From Halalkalibacterium halodurans (GTDB taxonomy: Bacteria; Bacillota; Bacilli; Bacillales; Bacillaceae_D), in assembly GCF_004376175.1 (NCBI RefSeq), contig NZ_SNUY01000008.1, positions 55,321-87,320 on the forward strand: a DNA stretch of 32,000 nt, given 5' to 3'. Under the pieces are notes generated by a model. The model saw nothing but the letters and a program-made list of their open reading frames with translations, had not been told where the DNA came from and searched no databases. Position 1 is the first letter of the stretch. Every line of letters starts with the position of its first letter. The position numbers and the translations under genes are program-made. Below are positions 8,162 to 16,200 of this stretch, one piece after another.

Positions 8162-10303
8162 CTACTCCGCTTCGCTGTCGCTGAATCGAGAAGCCATATC
8201 GAAAAACGTTAATTGACTCTGAACGGGTTGCTCAGACGGATTCCGCTTCACGTATCGGTATTGACCGAACTGATTTTGCTCCCGTGCTTTCATATTATCA
8301 AGGAGGGTAATCGTTAAAATTTCGATGATTCGTCTCTTCGTGGATTGTTGATAAATCGGGAACAAAATTTCAATTCGCTTCTCCATATTCCTTGTCATCC
8401 AGTCTGCAGACGAAAGGAACACTTTGTCGTCGCCGCCATGATGAAAATAAAAGATTCGGCTATGTTCAAGGAATCGATCGACGATGCTAAAGACGCGAAT
8501 ATGTTCACTTACATTTGGTATTCCAGGGCGTAAGCAGCAAATGCCGCGAACGATTAGTTCGATTCTTACACCTGCGCGGGAAGCTTCATAAAGCTTTAAA
8601 ATAATCGGTTTATCTGTAAGTGAATTCATTTTCGCAATGATGTGGCCATTTCCATTTTGTTTGTGACATTCAATTTCTTGATCAATTAAATCTAAGAAGG
8701 TGTCCCGAATTTCAAACGGAGCGGTTGACAGATGGTGCCACTGCGGCTTTTCACTATAACCGCTCAAATGATTAAAAAAGTTCGTGGCATCAATGCCAAA
8801 TTCTTCGTCCGCTGTTAAGAGACCCATGTCGGTATATAACTTTGCGGTAGAATCGTTATAATTTCCGGTCCCTAAATGGACAAAACGTTGAATTTCATCG
8901 TTATGGTGGCGAACGACCAACGTGATTTTACTATGTGTTTTCAAGCCGGTAATCCCGTAAATGACGTGAACCCCTGACTTTTCTAACTTTTTTGCCCACT
9001 GAATGTTATTTTCCTCGTCGAAGCGAGCCTTTAATTCCACAAGCACGGTTACTTGTTTGCCGTTTTCCGCAGCTCTTGCCAATGCATTGATAATTGGAGA
9101 ATCACCGCTTACTCGATACAACGTCTGTTTGATTGCTAACACTTGAGGGTCTTCCGCAGCGGTTGCGATAAAGTCGATGACCGGTTGAAACGATTCGTAC
9201 GGATGGTGCAAAAAAATATCTCGTTTTAAAATCGCATCAAAAATATTCGTTTCACCAATTAAATCTTCTGGTGGCTGTGGAATTAATGTCTCATTCGTTA
9301 AATGCTCGTAATCGACGATGAGTCTATTGTATAGCTTAAATAAAAACGTTAAATCGAGAGGACCTTGCAGTGAATAAACGTCATTTTTATGAATTTCCAA
9401 TACGTCAAGAAGGAGCTTTAGTACATTGGGATCCATAAGCCCTTCTTGCATTTCGAGTCGTACAGCAGCTCCCCATTTTCGTTTCTTTAATTCTTTTTCG
9501 ATTTCACGTAACAGATCTCTAGCCCCTTCTTCGTGAATGGGCAAGTCGGCGTTACGTGTAATTCGAAACGGAGAGACAGATTTGACTGTATACCCCTTAA
9601 AAAGTTTTTCGATAAAATAGCTAATGACATTTTCAAGCAGAATAAATTGATTCTTTCCATCTTCACAAGGTAACAAGATGAAGCGGTTAAGAACGGAAGG
9701 TACTTGAACAATCGCGAGTTGCTCTCGGCTATCAGACTCTTTATTCTTAATGACGACGGCTAAATTCAGACTTTTATTAAGTAACATTGGAAATGGCCGA
9801 TAGGCGTCTACGGCCATGGGAGTAAGAACAGGAAAAATATAATGATCAAACCGTTTTTCTAGGAAAGATCGCTGCTTGTCTGAAAGCTCATCGAACGTTA
9901 AAAATTGAATACCGTGCTGTGAAAGCATGGGCATAATCGTTTCCGTGTAGACACGATCTTGGAGTTGGACGAGCTGATGGTTTCGTTCTGAAATTTGCCG
10001 TAATTGCTGTTTAGGCGTAAGACCTGCTTTATTTTCTGGCTTGTTGAAACCAGCTTTTACTTGATCCTTTAACCCTGCAACCCGAACCATAAAAAACTCG
10101 TCTAGGTTTGAACTGAAAATGGCTAAGAATTTTAGCCGCTCCAGCAAAGGGTTTCGTTCATCAATCGCTTCTTCTAGTACACGCTCGTTAAAAGCGAGCC
10201 AACTAAGTTCACGATTGTTATAGAAGGCTGGTTCATTTAAATCGATGTCTGATCTTGTCATTTTCTCCTCAGTCCCCATTTTGCCACTGGAGCCTCCATT
10301 CAT
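8162..10303 (-). CDS. ppk: Polyphosphate kinase 1 (PPK1)
   Basis: About 700 aa. N-terminal FYNRELSWLAFNERVLEEA and the autophosphorylation region GLKTHSKITLVV, with C-terminal PLD-like domains. The start is uncertain; an in-frame ATG at 10261 (MTRSD...) follows GAGGAG but with very short spacing. Confidence 0.92.
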   Translation of the reverse strand: MNGGSSGKMGTEEKMTRSDIDLNEPAFYNNRELSWLAFNERVLEEAIDERNPLLERLKFLAIFSSNLDEFFMVRVAGLKDQVKAGFNKPENKAGLTPKQQLRQISERNHQLVQLQDRVYTETIMPMLSQHGIQFLTFDELSDKQRSFLEKRFDHYIFPVLTPMAVDAYRPFPMLLNKSLNLAVVIKNKESDSREQLAIVQVPSVLNRFILLPCEDGKNQFILLENVISYFIEKLFKGYTVKSVSPFRITRNADLPIHEEGARDLLREIEKELKKRKWGAAVRLEMQEGLMDPNVLKLLLDVLEIHKNDVYSLQGPLDLTFLFKLYNRLIVDYEHLTNETLIPQPPEDLIGETNIFDAILKRDIFLHHPYESFQPVIDFIATAAEDPQVLAIKQTLYRVSGDSPIINALARAAENGKQVTVLVELKARFDEENNIQWAKKLEKSGVHVIYGITGLKTHSKITLVVRHHNDEIQRFVHLGTGNYNDSTAKLYTDMGLLTADEEFGIDATNFFNHLSGYSEKPQWHHLSTAPFEIRDTFLDLIDQEIECHKQNGNGHIIAKMNSLTDKPIILKLYEASRAGVRIELIVRGICCLRPGIPNVSEHIRVFSIVDRFLEHSRIFYFHHGGDDKVFLSSADWMTRNMEKRIEILFPIYQQSTKRRIIEILTITLLDNMKAREQNQFGQYRYVKRNPSEQPVQSQLTFFDMASRFSDSEAE

Positions 10304-10396
10304 TCAAAGAAGTTTTCGTCTGCTTGCGAACCGGTAACGAATGGTTCGTAGGCTTGAAAAGGCCCTTACCCTCATTTTATCAGGCGAATGTAAATT

Positions 10397-11953
10397 TTAT
10401 GTGAAATTTGATAAAGGGAGAAAGGGAAGCTCTATCGTCTTTTTAATGACCTTCTCTACATGCTTTACGTGCTTTAACGCATAGTCCTGTTCGAACGATG
10501 GGTCAAGGTCATAATGGTAATAGAGTGGGAGAACGATCGCGTCTCGTTTTGCCTCGATCGTACCGATTTTACCGATTACATGACGGCGGGTTCGATTTAA
10601 GCAATAAGCGAGCTTTAAAATGGCGCCGAGAAATTCGAACCGTTTCAACTGTTTTTTCGAAATCAAGGGCATAAAGGGTGAGGCCATATGCAACAGTTGT
10701 GCTTTTGATTTAAAAGAAGACACACAAGCTAGCGCAAGACGCTCCTCATGATTTAATCCATCAATCGACATATTGGTTAGCAAATAAAACGTATGTTGAC
10801 TGCTTGCTTCTGGGTTAATGTGCTCTCCAAGGTATAGTACCCTTGCCGCCCGATGAATAAGGGTAAGATTTTGCTGATGCTCAAGCTTTCCATTATAAAA
10901 AGGGGCCAATTGCTCATATAGCTTCGTCGCGAGCTTCGCCACTTGCTTGACGTGCTCGAGATTAATTTCATATTGGTGGTAGAGTTGATAGAAGCTCTCT
11001 TCCACCACATTTGGAAAGCATTCCAAGTTAAGTTGTTCCAAAATTTCGCTGTAAAATAAACCATCCCGTAGTCCTTTTCGGCTCATGATGAATTGGGAAG
11101 ATCCGACCGTTTTCACAAGGCTGGAAATCGCTTGCGTCCCAGGAATGATGACATCGACCCGATCCTTAGAAAGCCCGTCCAATCCCTCACGTTCTGAGGA
11201 CGTTAATCGTTGTAGCATTTGAGTAACAGAGTGCAACTCTTCAGCAGGGAAAGAATACTGATGAAGTCCAGCTAGCGGGTAATCGGTCTGACGTTGATGG
11301 ATTAAGGAAAGATTTCGCGCCGTTCCACCTATGCCAATCACAGGGAGATCTTTGGCATCCTGTAACCATGGCAATGTCGCAAAGGCACTTTCCAAGAATT
11401 TCTGCAGCGATGCTAATTCCTCCTCGCTTGGATCGGTGCTGTGAAAGAAATCACGATAAAGTGTAATGGCACCGAACGGAAAGCTATGATAGTGCAGCAG
11501 TTTACGGTTGGAAAACCGGGTGATTTCAGTACTTCCTCCGCCAATATCAATGGTGATACCATCTTGGATTGATGTAGAGTTCACGATCGCCAAATAACCA
11601 AAATACGCCTCTTCATACTCAGATAACAGCTTTATCGAAAAGCCTGTTTCTTGCTCCGCAAGCTTCAAAAGCTCCTTGCGATTATTGGCCTTCCGCATGG
11701 CAGCAGTGGCAACAACGATCGCGCGGTCGCAATGGTGATCCTCCGTTAAGGTACGAAATTTTTGTAGTGTAGTTAGCAAAATGGAGGTTCCTTCTTTCGT
11801 AAGGTTCCCTTGAGCGTCAAGATGATTGCTTAGTCGAGCAACGGTTTTGAAATTGTAGAGCTCTTGATAATGACCATGTTCATTTATCGTGTTAATAACA
11901 AGACGGATGGAATTGGAACCGATATCAATAATGGCAAGTCGCTGTCTTTTCAA
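10397..11953 (-). CDS. ppx: Exopolyphosphatase (Ppx/GppA family)
   Basis: ASKHA motifs IIDIGSNSIRL and DIGGGSTE, with an HD-like C-terminal half. I moved the start to the TTG at 11953, which lies 8 nt after SD AAAGGAG. The tracked ATG at 12034 has no SD and adds a hydrophobic, non-homologous-looking leader. Confidence 0.88.
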   Translation of the reverse strand: MKRQRLAIIDIGSNSIRLVINTINEHGHYQELYNFKTVARLSNHLDAQGNLTKEGTSILLTTLQKFRTLTEDHHCDRAIVVATAAMRKANNRKELLKLAEQETGFSIKLLSEYEEAYFGYLAIVNSTSIQDGITIDIGGGSTEITRFSNRKLLHYHSFPFGAITLYRDFFHSTDPSEEELASLQKFLESAFATLPWLQDAKDLPVIGIGGTARNLSLIHQRQTDYPLAGLHQYSFPAEELHSVTQMLQRLTSSEREGLDGLSKDRVDVIIPGTQAISSLVKTVGSSQFIMSRKGLRDGLFYSEILEQLNLECFPNVVEESFYQLYHQYEINLEHVKQVAKLATKLYEQLAPFYNGKLEHQQNLTLIHRAARVLYLGEHINPEASSQHTFYLLTNMSIDGLNHEERLALACVSSFKSKAQLLHMASPFMPLISKKQLKRFEFLGAILKLAYCLNRTRRHVIGKIGTIEAKRDAIVLPLYYHYDLDPSFEQDYALKHVKHVEKVIKKTIELPFLPLSNFT

Positions 11954-12081
11954 TGGAGATTCTCCTTTATCGAAAAAATAAACATCTACTTTTGCTACTA
12001 GTATACAAAAAAATGACGGACATGGAACGTGCAACAGTAGACATTCTACCTATAAACGTTATAATAAGGACTGTGATAAAT

Positions 12082-12102
12082 AAATCGGAATGATTCTTAA
12101 TA
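12082..12102. promoter_or_regulatory. Candidate Zur box downstream of a TAGACA-16-TATAAT promoter (12038-12065)
   Basis: AAATCGgAATgATTcttAata compared with the recalled B. subtilis consensus AAATCGTAATNATTACGATTT. The left half-site is near perfect and the right half degenerate (about 15/21). Confidence 0.4.
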
Positions 12103-12152
12103 TATACCTAATAAAGGATTATTCATTTCATGCGATCGGTGGAGGACTGTAT

Positions 12153-12932
12153 ATGTATCAATCAAAGGAAGAATTAACGATCGACATCCGGAATGTGGCG
12201 TATCGTTATGACTATCGTAACGTGTTGGAAAACGTCACGCTTCCCATTCGTCAAGGAGCATTTGTCGGGTTGGTAGGTCCAAACGGCTCTGGAAAATCAA
12301 CGCTTATAAAATGCATTTTAGGGCTGCAAAAACCGAGCCAAGGAAGCATAAAGCTCTTTGGACAGCCAGTGGATAAATTCCGGCAGTGGGATCGAATTGG
12401 CTATGTATCGCAAAAAGCTAACAGCTTCAATTCAGGATTCCCTGCCACTGTTTATGAAGTCGTTTCGATGGGGCTGTTTGGTAAGGTCGGGATGTTCCGC
12501 TTTCTTACGAAAAAACATAAACAGAAAGTGAAAGAAGCTGTTGCAAGCGTCGGGATGAGCGGGTACTTACACCAAAATATTGGCGAGCTTTCAGGCGGAC
12601 AGCAGCAGCGCGTGTTTATTGCTCGTGCTCTCGTAAGTGATCCTGAGTTGTTAATCCTTGATGAGCCCACGGTCGGAGTGGATGTGTCATCCGTAAAAAG
12701 CTTTTATACACTGTTAAGTGAGTTAAACCAAAAGCGGGGGATCACATTGTTACTCGTAACTCATGACATCGGGGCAATGACGGATTACGTGACAGATGTG
12801 GCTTGCCTAAACAAGCATCTTCATTTCCATGGTGATACGAAAGCGTTTGAGCAAACCCAAGACTTAACGGCCTTCTATGGACACGATGTTCACTTACTTA
12901 CACACGATCATGGGGGGCATGGGCATGCTTGA
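12153..12932 (+). CDS. znuC: Zinc-type ABC transporter ATP-binding protein (ZnuC/ZurA-like) with a His-rich C-terminal tail
   Basis: Walker A GPNGSGKST, signature LSGGQQQRV, Walker B LLILDEP. Tail HLLTHDHGGHGHA. The start was moved to the ATG at 12153, 7 nt after SD GGAGG. Confidence 0.8.
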   Translation: MYQSKEELTIDIRNVAYRYDYRNVLENVTLPIRQGAFVGLVGPNGSGKSTLIKCILGLQKPSQGSIKLFGQPVDKFRQWDRIGYVSQKANSFNSGFPATVYEVVSMGLFGKVGMFRFLTKKHKQKVKEAVASVGMSGYLHQNIGELSGGQQQRVFIARALVSDPELLILDEPTVGVDVSSVKSFYTLLSELNQKRGITLLLVTHDIGAMTDYVTDVACLNKHLHFHGDTKAFEQTQDLTAFYGHDVHLLTHDHGGHGHA

Positions 12933-13788
12933 AGTTTTTTTTCGTTATGAATTTTTACAAAATGCGTTTTATACTGGCGTGATGATCGGCTGCCTAGCGC
13001 CGTTACTCGGCGTTTTTCTTGTTGTGAGAAGGATGGCGCTCATTGCCGATGCCCTTTCCCACATTACGTTATCGGGGATCGCTTTTAGTTTATTGATTTC
13101 CAATTACGCAGCGCTGTTTTTATTTGTCAACCCATTATATATGGGAATTGTATTTTCCGTAGTCGGTTCTTTATTAATTGAAAAATTGCGCCAAGTTTAC
13201 AAGTTTTATCAAGAAATTGCGATCCCGATCATTTTATCTGGTGGCCTCGGCTTAAGTGTCCTGTTTTTATCTTTAGCCGATGGATTTAACAATGATTTAA
13301 TGAACTATTTATTTGGGAGCGTCATCGCCGTAAGTCGCTCGGATTTATGGACCATCTTATTTATTACAATTGTGGTCATCATCGTATTAGTCTTATTTTA
13401 TAAGGAGTTATTCTTTTTATCCTTTGATGAAGAACAAGCCGTTGTATCGGGCATTCAACGTCGTTTCGTTCATTTTATTTTTATTGTGATGGTCGCACTA
13501 GTAATTGCCGCTTCTATGCGTATTGTCGGGATTCTCCTCGTTTCGTCTTTAATGACGCTACCAGTTGCTGCGGCGATGCGATTTGCAAAAGGGTTTAAGC
13601 AAATGTTTGTCTATTCTATTCTTTTTGGAGAAGTGGCTGTTATTGGTGGCTTAATCTCAGCCTATTATTTGGATTTAGCGCCAGGAGGCACGATTGTGAT
13701 GTTAGCGGTGCTCATCCTAGTAGGTTCCATTATCGGCAAAAAAGCAGCGACTTCGTGGGCACAAAAGAAAGAGACAATCCCTTCATGA
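12925..13788 (+). CDS. znuB: Zinc-type ABC transporter permease (ZnuB/ZurM-like, ABC-3 family)
   Basis: Hydrophobic, with motif ADALSHITLSGIA. The likely ATG at 12925 overlaps the znuC stop by 8 nt (ATGCTTGA). The tracked start at 12877 would overlap the ATPase by 56 nt. Confidence 0.8.
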   Translation: MLEVFFRYEFLQNAFYTGVMIGCLAPLLGVFLVVRRMALIADALSHITLSGIAFSLLISNYAALFLFVNPLYMGIVFSVVGSLLIEKLRQVYKFYQEIAIPIILSGGLGLSVLFLSLADGFNNDLMNYLFGSVIAVSRSDLWTILFITIVVIIVLVLFYKELFFLSFDEEQAVVSGIQRRFVHFIFIVMVALVIAASMRIVGILLVSSLMTLPVAAAMRFAKGFKQMFVYSILFGEVAVIGGLISAYYLDLAPGGTIVMLAVLILVGSIIGKKAATSWAQKKETIPS

Positions 13789-13844
13789 TGATTGTTGAAT
13801 CTGTTACTTTCGTGTAAAATATGAGGGGACGAAAGGGCGTGCAA

Positions 13845-14264
13845 ATGATGAACGTATCTGAAGCGATGAATATTTTAAAAAATAAAGGATACAAACATAC
13901 GGACAAGCGTGAATTGATGCTCACTATTTTTGCAGATGAAAGCCGTTATTTGTCTGCTAAAGATGTATTGGAACGCTTGCAAAAACAGTATCCAGGATTA
14001 AGCTTCGATACCATTTATCGAAACCTTTCCTTGTTTAGCCAGCTCGGAATATTGGAAGAGACAGAGTTGGATGGAGAAAAGCGATTTCGATTCAGTTGTT
14101 CCACGACCCACCACCATCATCATTTAATTTGTTTAACGTGTGGGAAAACGAAGCATATTGAAAACTGTCCGATGGATATTGTGAATCAATCCTTCCCAGA
14201 GTTTGAAGTAACAGGACATAAATTTGAAATTTACGGCTATTGTAAATCGTGCCGAAACGATTAA
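13845..14264 (+). CDS. zur: Zinc uptake regulator Zur (Fur family)
   Basis: MNVSEAMNILKNKGYKHTDKR...GLSFDTIYRNLSL...HHHHHLICLTCGKTK...HKFEIYGYCKSC closely parallels B. subtilis Zur as I recall it. It sits directly downstream of znuCB. The start is either 13845 or 13848. Confidence 0.88.
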   Translation: MMNVSEAMNILKNKGYKHTDKRELMLTIFADESRYLSAKDVLERLQKQYPGLSFDTIYRNLSLFSQLGILEETELDGEKRFRFSCSTTHHHHHLICLTCGKTKHIENCPMDIVNQSFPEFEVTGHKFEIYGYCKSCRND

Positions 14265-14387
14265 CTACATTCAAATGAGGTTTTCATACGAAAAGTTTTT
14301 GGCAGGAAAACGTGATAAACGCCCAATCCAAATGTTTACCTAGTTCATAGTGTATCATGTAGCCTACTATTGAAAGGAGATGGCATC

Positions 14388-14495
14388 ATGAGTGCACCAA
14401 CAGGTGGATATGGTTATGGAAGCGGCTTTGCTCTGTTAGTTGTGTTGTTTATTCTTCTTGTAATTATTGGAGCAAGCTGGTCCGGTTGGTACTAA
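14388..14495 (+). CDS. 35-aa YjcZ-type tiny membrane/sporulation protein (not in the ORF track)
   Basis: Encodes [45 protein letters not shown] lies 8 nt upstream and a strong terminator follows directly. A Gly/Tyr-rich N-terminus plus one TM helix is typical of the Bacillus 'tiny TM' family. Confidence 0.7.
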   Translation: MSAPTGGYGYGSGFALLVVLFILLVIIGASWSGWY

Positions 14496-14505
14496 GTTGA
14501 TTTAT

Positions 14506-14540
14506 GCGAGCATGGGATCCCATGCTCGTTTTATATTTTT
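14506..14540 (+). terminator. Rho-independent terminator after the micro-ORF
   Basis: Palindrome GCGAGCATGGGATCCCATGCTCG forms an approximately 10-bp stem around the GATC centre and is followed by TTTTATATTTTTT. Confidence 0.85.
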
Positions 14541-14623
14541 TCAAAAGTTGGACAGGGGTAATTTGCCGGGAATAAAAGAAGACCATTCGTGCACCCTAGG
14601 GAACAGAGGGGGGAATTTTTCGA

Positions 14624-14845
14624 ATGGAAAATCCAATTGTGAAATGTAATGTATCGAACTGTATGTATTGGGGCGAAGAAAATCGTTGTCATGCTGATGC
14701 CATTTTGGTGGAAATTGATGCGAATCAGCATCGTGATTATGACATGGAAGCAGGCCGTGAACCGTATGCAACCGCAGAAAAACGAGAAGTCGCTAAATCT
14801 AGCGGCGAAACCTGTTGTTACACTTTTCGTCCCAAAAAGCGTTAA
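14624..14845 (+). CDS. Small Cys-rich protein, DUF1540-like
   Basis: 73 aa with pattern VKCNVSNCMYW...RCHADAILV ... ETCCYTF. SD GAGGGGGG lies 10 nt upstream of the ATG. Confidence 0.6.
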   Translation: MENPIVKCNVSNCMYWGEENRCHADAILVEIDANQHRDYDMEAGREPYATAEKREVAKSSGETCCYTFRPKKR

Positions 14846-15512
14846 CGACACGAAGAAAAGACCGGAAGCATTCCGGTCTTTTCCCATTTTTAAGAAAGTA
14901 TAGCTGAAAGTGAAAACCCTTTTCTTTAGAAGCCCGAACGTTTAAGCCATTCATCGACCCAGGCCTTGCCTCAGTCCAATGGTTGATTCGGACCACATTT
15001 GCAGGTGTTGGCAAACGGTTGTAAGGAGTATCCATTAAAATGACAGGAATGGCGAATGTTTCGGCGATTGCCACCGCATTGTCGTGCTTGTCTTCAAAGA
15101 ATATGTCGATTTCATGTGTACGAATCGCCTCTATTTTGTCGTGTTTACCGACAAGCTCAATATGGTGAAAGGGAAGGTTTTGTTGTTCAAACCAATTTTT
15201 TGTTATTTCTTCAAGGTGACTCGCTCTTGCCGTAATATAAATAAGTTCATGTTCTTGCTTCCATTCCTCTAACACCTGATCGACACCATCTGCTTTTTTT
15301 GCTTGTTTGTAAATGGTTTGTTCGTGCTGTTCCATCCATTTCCAAAATTCTTCACTAGTAATTCCAAGCGATTTTGTTAGGTCATAGTCAGTAATATCTT
15401 CCAATGTGAGTGTTTTTTGGAACTGTTCGTTCAAATAGGGGAGAAACGTCGCAGGATCGGTGACGGTCCCATCAATATCTAAACCGAATCGTTTTTGTTT
15501 TCTCATAGTCAT
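14799..15512 (-). CDS. yqfW: HAD-superfamily 5'(3')-deoxyribonucleotidase-like protein (YqfW-like); the C-terminus appears frameshifted
   Basis: DxDxT motif GLDIDGTVTD. SD AAAGGAG lies 8 nt upstream of the ATG at 15512. After ...RINHWTEA the frame continues through the terminator and 47 nt into the convergent CDS. A neighbouring frame gives KAWVDEWLKRSGF* ending at 14926. Confidence 0.7.
   Translation of the reverse strand: MTMRKQKRFGLDIDGTVTDPATFLPYLNEQFQKTLTLEDITDYDLTKSLGITSEEFWKWMEQHEQTIYKQAKKADGVDQVLEEWKQEHELIYITARASHLEEITKNWFEQQNLPFHHIELVGKHDKIEAIRTHEIDIFFEDKHDNAVAIAETFAIPVILMDTPYNRLPTPANVVRINHWTEARPGSMNGLNVRASKEKGFHFQLYFLKNGKRPECFRSFLRVVNAFWDEKCNNRFRR
14856..14890. terminator. Bidirectional rho-independent terminator between the DUF1540 gene and the yqfW-like gene
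   Basis: Stem AAAAGACCGGAA / TTCCGGTCTTTT (12 bp, short loop), flanked by an A-run and a T-run. The tracked 237-aa minus-strand ORF reads straight through it (see findings). Confidence 0.85.
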
Positions 15513-15670
15513 TTTGCGTTCACTCCTTTATGTACTTTCCACCTCATACAATACACGACCTGTTCAATGAAAGCTAGCACGTTCCTTGTGATGAAAAGAT
15601 TGTCACCGATATTCTTTTGCCGCAGCGTCATACTAAAAATGTTCCCCGAAACAGAAAGAGAGGGAGTCAA

Positions 15671-16147
15671 ATGAGCGAAAATCGAAACGGCAACAACCTA
15701 AATGGTCACGACATCGATCGAGATCCTATACGACTTGTGGATGAAAACGATCCAGCTTTGACGCTTGTGGAAGATGATGATCTAGCTGAGGAGGACACGA
15801 TCGGTGCTTCAATGGACGCAGCAAGATCTCTTGATGATTACGATGAGGAGACAGCTGCCGAATTAGCAGCACCACCGTCCTCTGTACCTTTTCAGCGAGA
15901 TGAAGAAGAAGCAGATGAGACAGAAGAAGCCAATATGGATGACGCAACAGCAGGGAAGGGAGTAGGGACCTTTGCCATTGTCCTCTCCATCTTATCGCTG
16001 TTCTTTTTACCTATTCTGTTAGGAGCTTCGGGAATTGTTATTGGTTATGTATCCCGTCGTTATGGGGCACGGGCGTTAGGAAACTGGGCCATCGGGATCG
16101 GCGCATTTTCCATCTTAATGACCGTCCTTTTCTCACCATTTTTCTAG
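15671..16147 (+). CDS. YqfX-like membrane protein (acidic N-terminal region plus two C-terminal TM helices, DUF4190-like)
   Basis: The ATG at 15671 follows SD AGAGGGAG. An Asp/Glu-rich disordered half is followed by GVGTFAIVLSILSLFFLPILLGASGIVIGYVSRR... Its position matches yqfX (recalled). Confidence 0.55.
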   Translation: MSENRNGNNLNGHDIDRDPIRLVDENDPALTLVEDDDLAEEDTIGASMDAARSLDDYDEETAAELAAPPSSVPFQRDEEEADETEEANMDDATAGKGVGTFAIVLSILSLFFLPILLGASGIVIGYVSRRYGARALGNWAIGIGAFSILMTVLFSPFF

Positions 16148-16171
16148 ATTAGGGAGTAGGGGAACAAATGA

Positions 16172-16200
16172 AAAAGCATAAGCGTTACGCTTATGCTTTT
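16172..16200. terminator. Bidirectional terminator shared by the yqfX-like gene and ispG
   Basis: Stem AAAAGCATAAGCG / CGCTTATGCTTTT (13 bp, 3-nt loop). It overlaps the ispG stop codon at 16191-16193. Confidence 0.8.

Noticed and set aside
7799-8212. 137-aa plus-strand ORF spanning the SLT gene end and the ppk end
   Set aside because: It crosses a strong bidirectional terminator and overlaps two better-supported genes. It has no SD.
11954-12034. N-terminal extensions in the ORF track (ppx to 12034, znuC from 12090, znuB from 12877, NfeD from 20224, sodA from 25046, ispG to 17318, yqfZ-like to 17787, DUF1189-like to 21802, yqfX-like from 15617)
   Set aside because: In each case an internal start codon has a properly spaced SD and matches the expected family N-terminus. 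The upstream extension lacks an SD and looks non-homologous.
14346-14354. CATAgtgTA, a sigma-K-like -10 element upstream of the YjcZ-type micro-ORF
   Set aside because: No AC -35 element occurs at the required spacing of about 16-17 nt, and a single short match in A/T-rich DNA is not convincing.
15607-15635. CGATA-N17-CATACTA, a sigma-F/G-like promoter upstream of the yqfX-like gene
   Set aside because: The -10 element is a good match, but the -35 does not match GTATA/GAATA. I cannot support this without a PWM or expression data.
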